From positions 1 to 53,806 of the forward strand of contig FLMG01004608.1 in the NCBI GenBank assembly GCA_900088475.1: DNA of 53,806 nucleotides. The letters are read 5' to 3'. The notes below the pieces were generated by a model that saw nothing but the letters and a program-made list of their open reading frames with translations, ran no database searches and was not told the DNA's origin. The DNA comes from Hyphochytrium catenoides. Its lineage: Eukaryota > Protista > Hyphochytriomycota. Below are positions 35,666-47,971 of this stretch, one piece after another. Each line of letters opens with the position of its first letter. The stretch's first letter is position 1. The translations under genes were made by a program, and so were the position numbers.

Positions 35666-38600
35666 ATGTCCATTAGAGGCAGAGGTCAGTGGAGGCAATG
35701 GCTCCAGGCTGAGCTGACTGTAGATGAAGCTCCATGGAGGTAGCTCATCTAAGGCGTGAGGAAGGCTGAGGAAGCTGTAGGGAGGATGGAGACCGAGGTT
35801 GACGGTCCTACCGACCTGAAGGTAGATTGGCTGGGAGACTATTGTCATAGATATCGCCATCTTGGGCAAGACCTCAAGTTTCTGCATTTATTTCGCTTAC
35901 TCCCTCTCAGGCCTGTTTGGGTCTCCTACATCTCTCTCCGTCTCGTCCTCTGGGAGATTGCTCTGACTTTCCATTTGTCCCCCACGCGCCTGCCACCGTC
36001 TTCTGACAGGATGATTGGCTCTCTCCCCCAACCTTTACTGATGCCCGAATCCATCCAGTCACTTTCCTTTTCTCCACAAAACTGACATATAGTCCTGTCA
36101 CGAGTACTGTCGTCACGACCAAGGTGCACTCAGATGAGAGCAAGTTAAGGTAATAAGCTCCGAGGCCTTCGTAGTCTGGCTACCACCTTGGGCCGTGCTT
36201 CACCCTTCGCCTCTCTGAGGATACTTCCTCTTTCTCACCCCTCAGTCCTTCTCAGTGCTTGTGACCTCAGTTGTGAGCTTGTCTGGTAGAGAACTCTAGT
36301 TTTTCGTCCCGCTACCGGATCCTGGCCCTTCTAACGACTAGTTTTGCTGTGTCTGGCAAAATGCAGGGGTAGACTTAGTCAGTTCCGCCGAGTCAGTCTG
36401 CCCAGCTCCACCGCGGCCCCCGTGTTACCGAAGAACGCAAAGGAGAAGAGCAAGGAACTCATCGCGGAGAGAGATGACTTCCTCCGCCAACTAGAGGAGG
36501 AGAAACAAGATAAGCAGAGAAGAAAAGTGGAAGCCGCCACTAGAATCCAGGCAGTTTTCAGGTTAATAGTCCCATATCTCCCTTTGTCCCGCAGTTTCTG
36601 CTCTCGCTCGTGTTTCTCTGCCTTTCCATTGAAGGTCTACACAGCTCTGCTACCATCTTGAACTTTCCTGCCTTCTCTCGTTTCATTTCACCTGTAGAGC
36701 ATTCGTCTCTTCGTGTCAGTCTCTCCATTCTCAAGCTTTCCATCTTTCTGATGTCATCTGTCGCCTTCCCATGTAGAGGATACAGGGTTAGACCCAAGAG
36801 ACATCGGAAGAAGAAAGAAAAAGACTATAGAGACTTTGATCACTATCTTCGCCTAGAGGTAGGATGGAGAGTAGCTCACACTCAGAGGCTGCATCCGAGT
36901 TTGAGCCTTAGAGCACGGCAGTATTCAATTGCAGAAGTCGCCTCTTTCTGACAACTGCAAGTACCCTCAGCAGTTCTCTCGACGACGCTAACAGGGCGCC
37001 GCTAGTTGCTAAGCGCAATGTGCCTGACTTTTGACACGCTGTGTCGCCACTTCGTTCCCTTCGACAGGATTTAGTCTAGCTGACGAATGACTCCTTTCGT
37101 TCTTTCTTCTCCTCTGGAAGCTCCTTTGATTGAATATCGCATATCTAAAATATACCACGTCCCAACAGCTGAAGCAGCTCCTGAAGGAGACAACAGAGAG
37201 TTGTGGCCTCCCTCCCTGCAATCTCAAGGCTTTGGATTCGTGGCTGGAGGATGCATACACAAAAGCACCAGGGACTCCTTCTCCTGCTCTTGTCAAGCCG
37301 TACGCCCCGCGGCCTCCTCGTTCTCCCCCCTCTCTTTCTCATCCTGCGCTCAGTCTTCCTTTAGAGGAGCTTCCGCAGCCTATAACAGACTGGGACGGAG
37401 GACAGCTTGATAGTAAGAAGAAGAAGAAGGAGATAGAAAGTGGTAAGCGTCTTAGTACCTGATCTTGACCACCTCTTACTTCTCTCCACCCCTATACCGT
37501 CGTGGCGATATCTCTTGGATTCGTTTCCCCTTGAGGACGGCCTTCACTTCCCCTCCCTCGTTAAGGAGCCCTCCCCTTTCTATTTTGGTCCTAAACCACT
37601 CTCTCTCTCTCTTCTCACCAGTCTTCATGTCTTCTAACTACGAGATACCTCTTACCGCCTCTAGGCGCTAGAAAGGGCCATAGGCAGGCTTCCCGTTCGC
37701 ACCACCGGGCGGCGATAACAATTCAGGCATTTGCCCGAGGCTTTTTGGCTCGCTTAGCTGTAAAGAGAATTGTGCGAAGATATGAAGAAGAGCAGTATAA
37801 TGAAGCTGCCAGAAGACTCCAGGTGGGAAGACATCAGATGGGTAGTGGGACAGAGAAACCAAGGCTAATAGAAGCTAAGAAGAGATAAAAAGGATGAAAG
37901 CACGAGAGTGGACATCGTGCAGACACCACGGGAGAAAGGCAACGTTTCTGTTGGCATTCTTTACCTGCTTGCTTCTTGCTACTATTTGTTCTTACTGACC
38001 AAAGCTCTGTTGGCTCTACCTTTGACTGAGAACTATTTCCCTCCGCCTCACTCTATGTAATCTTGCTGTCCACCGCCTTGCTCTTGTGGTGTCAGGCATG
38101 GCTTCGGGCTCGCTCCCAGCGTGCTAAGTATATGTTTGGAAGAGCGATGAGACATCATCATGCCGCCACTGTCATTCAGGCCCGAATACGGTAGAGAGAT
38201 TTCCCTAGCATGTCTAATCTGTTTTTGTCTATGGCTCTAGCTGTGCCTTTCGATGATCAGTTCGTACTATTGCTCTATCAAAACGCTTCTTGCCCTCTTG
38301 CCTTCCGCTATCATCTACTAGTCTAGACAGCATTAGTCTGGGCAGCCAAATAGGGGTAGCCAATGTGGCTTGGCGTGGATGTTCCACGTCCCACTTTCTA
38401 CTCTCCTGACCCACTGGTGCGTTCGTTGCTCGCATTTCTCACTTTTGTAGGTCGATGTATGCGAGAGAGATAGCTCTGAGACTGAAGCAGCAAAGAATGA
38501 GGCTGCAGATGGACGAGAACGCGGCTACTAGGATAGAGGTGCCAACTCCAAGTTTCCCTCTCTCAACTTTCCCTCTCATTAGCGTTTGTACATAAAGCAT

Positions 38601-40419
38601 CCATTTGCTCTTCAGTTTGCTTCTACTCTCTCTGCCGTCTAATGGCTCTTTTAGGTCTTGAATCTATCGCTGCTTCTGGGATTGGACAGCCAAACAGTCT
38701 TGCCTTCTCCTCCACGGTAGTCTTCACTTTGGCTTTTCTGAGTAGAAACCTCACTATGATGTGTTAGAAAAAGCATCGAGATGCATCCAATAGTCGCTCT
38801 CCTGGAAAGGAGAATAGTCTGCAGTCGAAATTACAGGTGCGTTGGCTGTAGGTGTTTGAAAAACGTGGACAGGCAAACCTGCAGAGCCAAACCTAGTGAC
38901 TGAGGAAGAGAACGAGGGCAAGGAGAGGGAGCCAGCTGAGATGAGTGTAAATATTCGCGAACGAAAGGTGCAAAAGCAAGAGAGACAGGAGTCACGCTCT
39001 AACGGTCCTTCTCCGCACAGAAAGTCATGAAGGCAAAGAAGTTCCGGGTGGAGCAGAGTAACCAGGTATGTGAACATAATTAGCATAACCTCTTGTTAGC
39101 CTCTCTCTTTCTGTGGCATAACCACACAAGCCAGCCATACATTTCTCATCCGCTATGTTTCTCGCGCGCGCTGCCTCTATGTAGCCCTCCATCCTCAGCC
39201 CAAGAGTGGTGGAGAGCAAGCCGAGGACCATCAACCGGCAAGAGTTGAAGCCGCTGGCTCCAAGGAGATCAGTGGCAGAAGTGGAAGAGCTGGAGAATTT
39301 AGCGATCATTTACCTCAAAAAGAAGGTAAGAGGACGGTGGGACTGGACAGGACAGGCCGAGGGGTGCAGCTCTTGAAAGTGCCAAGGGGCCCGACATCCC
39401 GGTGGAGCATTAAGAAGGAACCATTATGCAGGCAGATGTGACAATCCATAGTAATTAGCAGCGTCCGCATCAGTGACCCGCATGCTTCTGTCCCTGTGGA
39501 TTTACTGACATTTTATCTTCATCATGGGTTCTCTGACTCTCAGGAGGAGCAGCTGGAGGTTACACGAGACTTGCAGGCAAAGGTGAGCGGTTCTCTCTTA
39601 GGGTTTCTCCTGCTTCCGTCAGCCGGTTCAGCCTTGATTTTGTCTCTTGTTAGCTGACCAGTTCTTTCTTGTTTGAATAGATTGAGTTTGACAGAATGCA
39701 AAGCAAGCTTGCCAGCGATACGAACGGAGGAATCATGCCAAAGAAAGTGCAGGTGAGGCCTTATGCATAAAAGACAAAGACGGTCATATCTCTCTTTTTC
39801 CACGTGAACAAGCCATCCTCTTGTTGCGGTTCGCGTAAAGTTAGGATAGCCCTACGCCTCGCCGATGCGCCTTATTATCCCTTGCGCTTCCCTTGGTCGA
39901 GTAGATCTTTCTATTATAACACTAGCTCATCACGTGCGTATCAACACAGCGCCTCTCCTTTGCTAACACTCTGTATCCAGCTTAATGCTTACGTAGACGC
40001 GTCGACATATGCAAAGCTCGTTCAAGAGACAGAGATGGAAGTTAACGGTGCAGCTACTACAATCCAAAAGTATCAAAGAGGAAATGCAGCGCGCAAGCAG
40101 TACCGGAAGCACCAAGAAGCGAAGAAGCATGAGAGGGAGAGAGCCGCGCTTCTCATACAGAGGACACATAAAAAAGCGAAGAGAAGGAAAGCACCTCAGG
40201 CAGATGGGCAAACTAAGAGCAACAAGGGAAAAGAAGAGACAATAAAAACGCAGATGGTAAGGGTAACCAGTATAAGGGTGAAGCAGCGCTAGCGCTACTT
40301 TACAACCTTCCAGCAATGAGCTTACACCTGTCCTACTCTTTGTACAGGCCAAGTTGGCAAGTAAGGCCACTGCGCCGTCAGGGAGGATGCATGAAGAGAC
40401 ATCCATTAACCATCCTTAG
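35666..40419 (+). CDS. Multi-IQ-motif, charged/coiled-coil protein (~14 exons)
   Basis: Spliced IQ motifs: AATRIQAVFRGYRVR (exons ending 36561 and starting 36777), AAITIQAFARGFLAR, AARRLQAWLRARSQR, AATVIQARIRSMYAR, AATRIEKVMKAK, AATTIQKYQRGNAAR, AALLIQRTHK. Later exons 39021-39065, 39185-39325, 39544-39582, 39681-39752, 39981-40256, 40348-40419. The 5' exons (ATG 35666) are tentative. Confidence 0.8.
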
Positions 40420-40697
40420 GCTAAAGACTCTTTTACAAGTGCCTCCATACTAGGTTCTATCCAACCTCAATGGCCGTTGACGAATATGCCTCTCGCAGCC
40501 TCTTATTTACGTCCTTCTAACACGATGACTTTTGTCTCTCTTTGGTCGTCACGGGTCGGCTATAAGGACCTGCCTAGTCCTTACAAAGGCAAGGGAAAAC
40601 GACTGCAAAGACTTCCGGGAGAAGTTGACCCAATAAATATTATTGACACAATGAAATAAGAACAGTTCCCTAGGGTGCTTCCAGCTAGACTTATATT

Positions 40698-43640
40698 CTA
40701 GCTCCAATCCCTGGTTAGCTCTACTCGAGCCAGCAGTTCAGAATTCTTCACATGGTGTCGGTGAACACGTAAGAGAAAGAGAGACAGAGAGGGAACTGGG
40801 GTCAGCCATCAGACAAAAGCAGGGATGAGGAGATCACATAAGACGTAAGGAAGCTTGTGCGTCGCAGTAGGAACGAAGGCCCGAACTGGTGAGCGAGCAA
40901 GCTCATCTCTGTGGTCAGGGATGGTAGAGGAAGGAGTCACAGAGCAACCATCTCGTGCAACAAATAGTAGTAAGGGAAAACTCTCAAAGCGCGTCCTCAC
41001 CTTCTCTGACCACAAGATTGTTTTATCAAGCTCTGGACCAGGGAGGACCCTAGCCATGTGGCGATGCAGCTCTTCTGATACACCTGACGCCTCCAGGGCT
41101 TGGGTTCTGACTACTGAATATACTTTGGAGAGAATCGCCTTCAAGAAAAGGAAGAGAGGAAAAAAGTAAGGATCAAGCTTCACTCCCCCCCGCAAGAGAC
41201 GAGGATAAGTGGGAAAAGAGGAGAAGGGCCGAAAGCAATTTTGTACCAGTTTCTTCATTTCCTGCATAACGCGGGGGCTTAACTCTTCCAGTCGCCGCCG
41301 CTGTGTATTAGAGAGACGAAGCACGTTGGATATCTCCACCGCAACGGCACTTCCAGTGCTTGACCTGCCGGCAAGTAGCAGTTCAACGACAAGATTAAGG
41401 AGGGACATCGTAGGGGGATGAGAAGACTCGATAGCTTAATGGAGAGCGCCAATCGTCCACTGGCCACATAGCAAAGTCTTTGAGCGGCCCAAGAGAATCA
41501 AGATAAAAGCACTCTGTATGGAACGCACATTAGAAGAGTGCTGAAAAAGAAATAGTCCCTACCTGGCTGCTTGGACGAGTCCCGCAGCCTGCAGTACCGA
41601 AGAACGGCACTCTTGGACTGTATCGGTGATCTTATGGAACTGATAGCTCTAGAGATAACGAGCCCAAGAGTCGTGTGAAAGGCTGTTAGTGCCTCTCTTG
41701 CTTCAAGGGACACGTAGAGAAGAAGATTTCGAAAGGAGCGTCTGGTAGAGAGACAGACGAGAGAAGAACAAAAGACAGGACGGAGTCACGGGAATGGTAG
41801 GTCTACTTACGATATCCTGAGCTCTTAGCCGAGGCTCGAGAAGTATTCTTCTTCTCATATTACTGGCCTGAGACATCGCATCCATGAGAGAAGTAGAATT
41901 AGGCTCAATCGTCAACTCGTCAATTTCCGATTGAGGTCATCGGTCGCTTCTGATAACGTAACAATAACCAACTTACAGCTGCGAACAATGATGCATCATT
42001 GTGGTCGTCCGCCTTCATCTATCAATTGGTTAACGAGGCACACACACGAGGAGAGGAGAGGAAGTGGAGGTCAGTGGTCAAAAAGAAAATGATGTATAGA
42101 AGAAACCAGGAACGGCAGCGATGCGCGATAGTAAATGGGAGGAGGATAAGCATGTGCGCAGCTTGAAGACTGCTGACAGTGAGGATAGAAGACTGTGACG
42201 AGCAGCTTAAGAGATGACACAAGCAGAAGCAGCAGATCTATGTTATCTCATGACTTTCCTACCGTGTCTAGTATCACATCCTCTGCAGCTTTAACGTCTG
42301 TCTGCCCCCACCTTAAGTAACGAAGAAGAGTAAGTTAGGTGCCGAATGATATATGTGCCTCCATGTGCACTGGTGGTCTCAACCCGATACCTCGTCCTAT
42401 CTCTACTGTACGATTGTGGAGATGCATACTTACCGGTGCTCTATAAGCGCAGTCTTATCGAGGTGAAGATGCTTGATTTCCTACACCAAGTGGAAGAGCA
42501 GAAGAAGGGACATTTAATATAAGTGGAGGGCAGACATAAGACATATTGTTTGAAAGTGGCTGGCTGCTAACAACATGGGAGAAGGAAGCTAAAGAGGGGG
42601 AGGTGGCACTGAAGGAAGTAATGGGGTGGCCAAGGACGAATCGGCAGTTAAAGAACATTGATGGCAGGAGGTAGTGGAAGCTGGGTCAATGTCGGTACCA
42701 TTTCTAGGTTTTGGACGTAGTTCTGTTTCCTCCTTCGGCTCTGCCTGGCACTGTCTCTATTTCTCTCAAGCCGCTTGTTCCTTTTCTGCTCTTCCTCGGC
42801 CAGAAGCATTTTCAAAGCTTCACTTGGCTCCTACGAAGAGGAATAGCGTCTATTACCTACACATATCGCCCTCTTCTAGCCGCCACGTTCAGCGTCATGA
42901 CACTCATTCTCTAGGCTCCGTCAGGTTCTCCCAACGGTCACCTACAGCTAGAGCTCCGCGCCTTGCTAATTTCCAGCACTCACCTCGGGCTCCGCTTTTC
43001 GCGCTATATTAACAAAGGTAGGAGCCGGTTGCAGGCCTTTGGTGGCAGGCTGTAAGGGAACGGCGAAGGGGACGATTGGGGGTTGTCCCATCGAAAGTGG
43101 GACCCCCATGCCTACCGGAGGCATCATGAATGGCGGGTACATCATCATAGGAGCAGGAGCAGGATTAGAAGTACTGGGAGTTGACCCAGGGTTGCCAGGG
43201 GGAACAACAGGAGGGGAGAAGAAGGCCATCGGTTGAGCAGAAGGCGCAGGGGCAGTGCCGCTGTTCTCTGTCTTTGTAACTACGGTTCCTCCAGTGGAGA
43301 CATTTCCATCAGAGTTTGTAGGAGGTGAGCTGCTGACTGGAGTATCGCTGTTGGTGGGTGAGGCAGAAGGGAGAGGAAAAGGGGAAGCCATAGGCATGAA
43401 ACCTGGAAAAGGCATCATTCCCATGGCCTGCATTTGCATCTGCATTTGCATTTGTTGCATTGTTAACTGTTGCCACTGGTGTTGCATTTGCTGCCATTGT
43501 TGCTGCAGTTGCTGAGGGTTGACGGGAGGAGGTGGAGACGCAGATGACCCATTTGTCTCTTTTTCTCTTCCTGCATCAGTCGAGTTCGGTGATGAAAGCG
43601 CTGCGATGTCATTCGAGGACGGAGAAGAGGAAGGAGACAT
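40698..43640 (-). CDS. bZIP transcription factor with Q/P/M-rich N-terminal low-complexity region
   Basis: Exon 1 43640-42984 (Q-rich, QM repeats, Pro-rich). Exon 2 42830-42699 encodes EEEQKRNKRLERNRDSARQSRRRKQNYVQNLEM (N-x7-R basic region), continuing EIKHLHLDKTAL (zipper). Further phase-consistent exons lead to NSELLARVELTRDWS-TAG at 40698. Confidence 0.88.
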
Positions 43641-44159
43641 GTTTTTCTGTCCTGTATGGCTCTGTGGCGGGCCCGAGCCCGACGAAAGGACATTTTGCGC
43701 CGGGTTATTGAAGAGACGAGGAGATGGACCCGAGGACGATGTGGCGGTTTCCTTGGGTATAGGACGGCTGTAGCCTATTCTGTGAGCCTAAAGAATAGGA
43801 TAGTTTGTCTCAGACGCAACCACATGGAGTGTAGCGAGAATGAGTGGCACGAGAGACACACGGACCCAGAAAGACAGAGAGAAGCGATAGCAAGTAGGTC
43901 AATTAATGAAGAGAGAGCAATACTATATTACATCGACAAGCAGCGAGACTACCCTTACCCCTTTAGCTCCTCCTCCTTCTGCGCCTAAAGGAGCGTCGAG
44001 GGAGAATGGACTCGTCAAGGGGTGCTGCCTCATCCTCTCGCTCGCCAGTCCTTCACGGTCACTTAATGGAGCTGAAGACGTGCCTAGAGGCTGCAGATAG
44101 CGTTGATAAGAAGGACAAGGTAGAACTGTTAGCTGATCTTCAAAAAGGGGTGATCACAA

Positions 44160-45737
44160 CTAAGGGCATTGTGCCTGGGAAGGACCAAGACGGATCTCTA
44201 GCTGCGTAAGAGCACTACACCTCTGCTTGTTCAGCCCTCTTCCTCTTTCTTTCCTCTCTTGGCCATAATAATAAACATCTGCCCTGTCAGTCTCTTACCG
44301 GTAGCGGAGGCCAACCCAGAGCTGCTTCCGTAGCCAGAAGAGAAGGAGAATTTGGCAGGGAGTTACTCTCCTCCATCTTGTCAGGAATCACCACATCATC
44401 CACTAGGATCATTCCTCTCTCTCCCTCAGACAAATGTTGAGCAAGATTATCATCAACGACTCTATCAGCTTGTGTCCAGTCCTCCCACTCGTTCCGGACG
44501 GGCTGAGCAGGGTGCCATGTCCACTCTGGAAAGTCATCACTAGAAGCATAAGAAGAGACGTCGCGGAAAATGGTTAAGGGCTATAGAGAAAGGCTCATCA
44601 AGCAGCGGCACAAGGGTTGGCTGAGGAACTTAAAAGCTGCAAGTGACATATATATATGTATATATATTGGCACTGGAAACGGGAGATCCCAAGCAGCAAC
44701 TAGTCACAATCAATTCAGTCCCAGTAATGAGCAGACAAGAAGTGCAACAAATAGGTTACAGTTTTGAGATAGCCAAAGACGCAGCAGCTATGACGTGAGA
44801 CGATCGAGCGTCTGCTAGAAGGGAGATCTAGCGGAACAGCAATAGAGCGAGCGAGAAAAGACAATGTGAGACGGAGGGAATGCGAAGAAAGAGGGCAATA
44901 GATGCCACAATCCACTGAGAAAGAAAATCGGCTTACACTATAGCTTCATCCTGCAGCAAACCCAGTTCATCGAGAAGCCCCAAATCAGGGTTCTGGCGAT
45001 AGGAGAGAATTCTTCAGTTTAGAAGTAAAAAAGCCAAGACAGACTAGAGCTCTGACGGCAGGCAGAAGAAGACAGAAGAGAACGGGAAGCTGGAAGTGCT
45101 ATAGTGAGGGCAATGAGTCGAAGAATTAGACATCTCACGCTCGAGGGATTTAGATGAGAAGCGAGGTAAACAGCGTAATCGTGATAAAGAGAGAGATGAT
45201 GGCATGAAGTCTGCGTTGACGACAGGCAGACATAGGGGATGTGCAAATAGTGATTGATAGAATGTGTGAGAGCAAAGAGAGAAAAATAGCTAGAGCAGAC
45301 TGCGATAAACAGCAAAGGAGGCCAACCCTCTTACCGCATTATAAGGCGTGAAGAGGTTTGTCCTTTTTGGCGTTCTCTTCCGCGACATTGTGCCTCTTCC
45401 CGGTCGCCAACGACTGGCGCCGTGTTATGCTTCAAGTGCTCCTGAGCCGCTAAGAACTGGAAACGAGCGGTAGAGAGCAAAGGATTGACCTCTCGGGCTA
45501 TGCACTAGAGACGTGAATAGCCTGACGTTCGGACACGAAGCTCTGCCCCACTGTCCATGCTAAGATAAGAGAGCTTGGGAGGATGCCAGCCGCACCGTCT
45601 AAACTGCCTTGCATCCTCAGCTTCAGGGAGCTCAATTCGGTAGCTCTTTAGAGATCTATCGTGAACCACCAGGCCGGAGACGCACTGCTAGCCGGCTAAG
45701 ACTCACCATCGTCTAGCCCAAAGGCATCGCTCATCAT
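44160..45737 (-). CDS. Hypothetical protein, multi-exon
   Basis: Phase-consistent GT-AG exons ~45456-45335 (FLAAQEHLKH...LIMR), ~45013-44937 (ILSYRQNPDLGLLDELGLLQDEAI) and ~44539-44299 (DDFPEWTWHPAQPVRNEWEDW...). First and last exons uncertain; no family recognised. Confidence 0.4.
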
Positions 45738-46029
45738 GAGGATGAGAGATAGAGAGCAAGACAAGAACCAGAGCTAGGCTGTGGAAGGAAAAGGCTAGGC
45801 CTGGGAGGTATGGAGACAGAGAGAGCGATAGACCCCTGAGAAACGCAGCTCGAAGAGAGGAAGATGTTAAGCGCGGAGTACGCAGCAGCGCTCGGTAACC
45901 AACATAGAAGATAGCCAGCAGGCTGGAGCACCAGGCACCGCAGCGAGTGGGCCGGAGACAGGTGATGATGATGCTTGGCCTGCCTTTAGAGGGTTCATCT
46001 ACTCGAACAACTTCCCTTGTACTTTCAAT

Positions 46030-46255
46030 GTCTTCCCTCTTCCCTCTCTCTTTTCTCTCTCTCTCTGTTGTCTGTGTCTCTTGCGACATCTGTCTCTGTT
46101 AGTTCTGTCTCTTGCGGCATCTGTCTCTCTCTGTCTCTTGCGGCATTCCTCTCTTTCTCTTACTCTCTCTCTCTTTGTCTATCTGTCTCTGTCTCTCCCT
46201 CTCTCTCTCTCTATTCTCTCTTTCTTTCCCTCCCTCTCTCTCTTTCTCTGTTGTC
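46030..46255. repeat. CT-rich low-complexity tract with repeated TGTCTCTTGCGRCAT units
   Basis: Visible CT runs; the unit occurs three times at ~46074-46146. Confidence 0.75.
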
Positions 46256-47971
46256 CGTCCGGCTTTCGTACAATAGGGGAGCAGATGACAGGAATGTCAG
46301 CAATGAAACAACAGACGCCGACTCTGAGGGGCAATCTGAAGCTATCGCTTGTGCCCCAGTGAGAGGATAAAGAGTTACAGCGAGGAGATTTTAAATGTAT
46401 GATAACAGACGAGACAGAGACGGAGGAGCTACACGTCAAAAGCACCAAAAGAGAGTGAGAATGTTTGTTCAATATACCGCTAACCTAATATAGACCCTTA
46501 TTGACAAGGTTACTATGTTAAATGAGTATATTCAATTCCACAATGGCCCTTATAGAGGGAGTAATGACTTCAAGAAATCGGGATCAGAAGAAAATGTGGG
46601 AGCTTTCGGAGCTTTCATAGGGGGAAGCGGGGAGGGCAGAAGACTATATACTGTATTGTCGGTGGGGGGTAGATAGATATACTAAGGCATCATATTACCT
46701 AGGAAACGTGAGAGACAGAGTTCACATGACTTGATATCTAAAAGGCTGACCATGTTGAGTGAGAAAGATCGGGTGAAGAGGTACGTGATAGGGAGATAAT
46801 TCAATACTAAGTTCCGAGACAGAATATAGAGAGTTTTGTCAAACATAGCAGGCACTACCAGACGGAGATCTGCAGACCTTTTGCCCCGGTCCCTATCATA
46901 AAGATCAGAGAGAATAAAGAGATTATTGAAGCTCTTCTGCAAGATGCTGAAAGCCATGGGATTGTATGGCGCCTCTGGCCACGGGTAGGACGCCGTCCAG
47001 GCTTCTCCAGGCGGCAATGGACGTTGAGGGAAGAAGATCTTCTCCTCATAAGAAGCTTTTAACCACTATGACGGATGAAGAAGTAACACCGCTACTTCTT
47101 GCAGGTTGAGCTGTGCTGCCCTTCGAAGCAAGCCTATGAGCGCCATACCGAGCCTTTCTTTCACTGTTGAGAGCGTTATGAAACAGCGTCCAGAAGCATG
47201 TCCTTCTCAATAGTCTACTGCCTTCTTTTCGTCGATGGACTAAAGATAAAGGTTATTATCACTCTCATTCATCGAGTTGTTCGCGATGATGTGCCTCTAA
47301 TAAGATGTGTTGTTTAACTAGCTCGCATGAACTCAGTAAATCGGAGAGAAAGCAACAATTCGTAGACATCAATAGTGAGGAAGAAGGGCGATGGCCTCAC
47401 TTAGAAAAGTAGCTTGGATAGCTCTCCAGGTCTCGCTGTGCTCTACAATGCACGAGAGTGAGTCAGCTAGCTTAGTAAGAGATGCAGTAGACTAAGGAAG
47501 GAGTGGGTAGATAGCGGTCGTCATTTATTTCTGACGTCCTTAGGCCGCCGTTTTCTTTAGTACGGCAGAAAGACATCTGTCATAGCAATAGCAATGCTTG
47601 ACAGGAGAAAGGAGCCAGGAGAAGAGAGTCGTCCAAGCAGAGAATAAGTGGAAAAGCCCCATCGTAGCAGACAACGGCGTAGTCAGAAACGCCTCTCTCG
47701 GGGATTATCAGAAGCCGACCAAGAAAGGAGGCATTTAGATTGAGAAAGACTGGAAGTAAGAAGAAAGATTGTCAATATCGTGAGATGCTGAAGCGCCGCA
47801 GACGCCATTGAACGATGAGTATGAGACGAGAAGAACAAGAGGTTTTGGCGAGCAGCGATCGTGGCAGCAGGAAGGGAAGGGAGTGAAAGAGTTTGTTGAG
47901 AAGCGACCCAACGGCGGGCCGCAGTCTTTCCTCCTTCTTGCCCGATCTCTGCAAGCTTGATCGTACTACTG

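Noticed and set aside
42880-42945. GDRWENLT resembling an HMG-box fragment
   Set aside because: It lies in the first intron of the bZIP gene, is out of phase and is followed by a stop.
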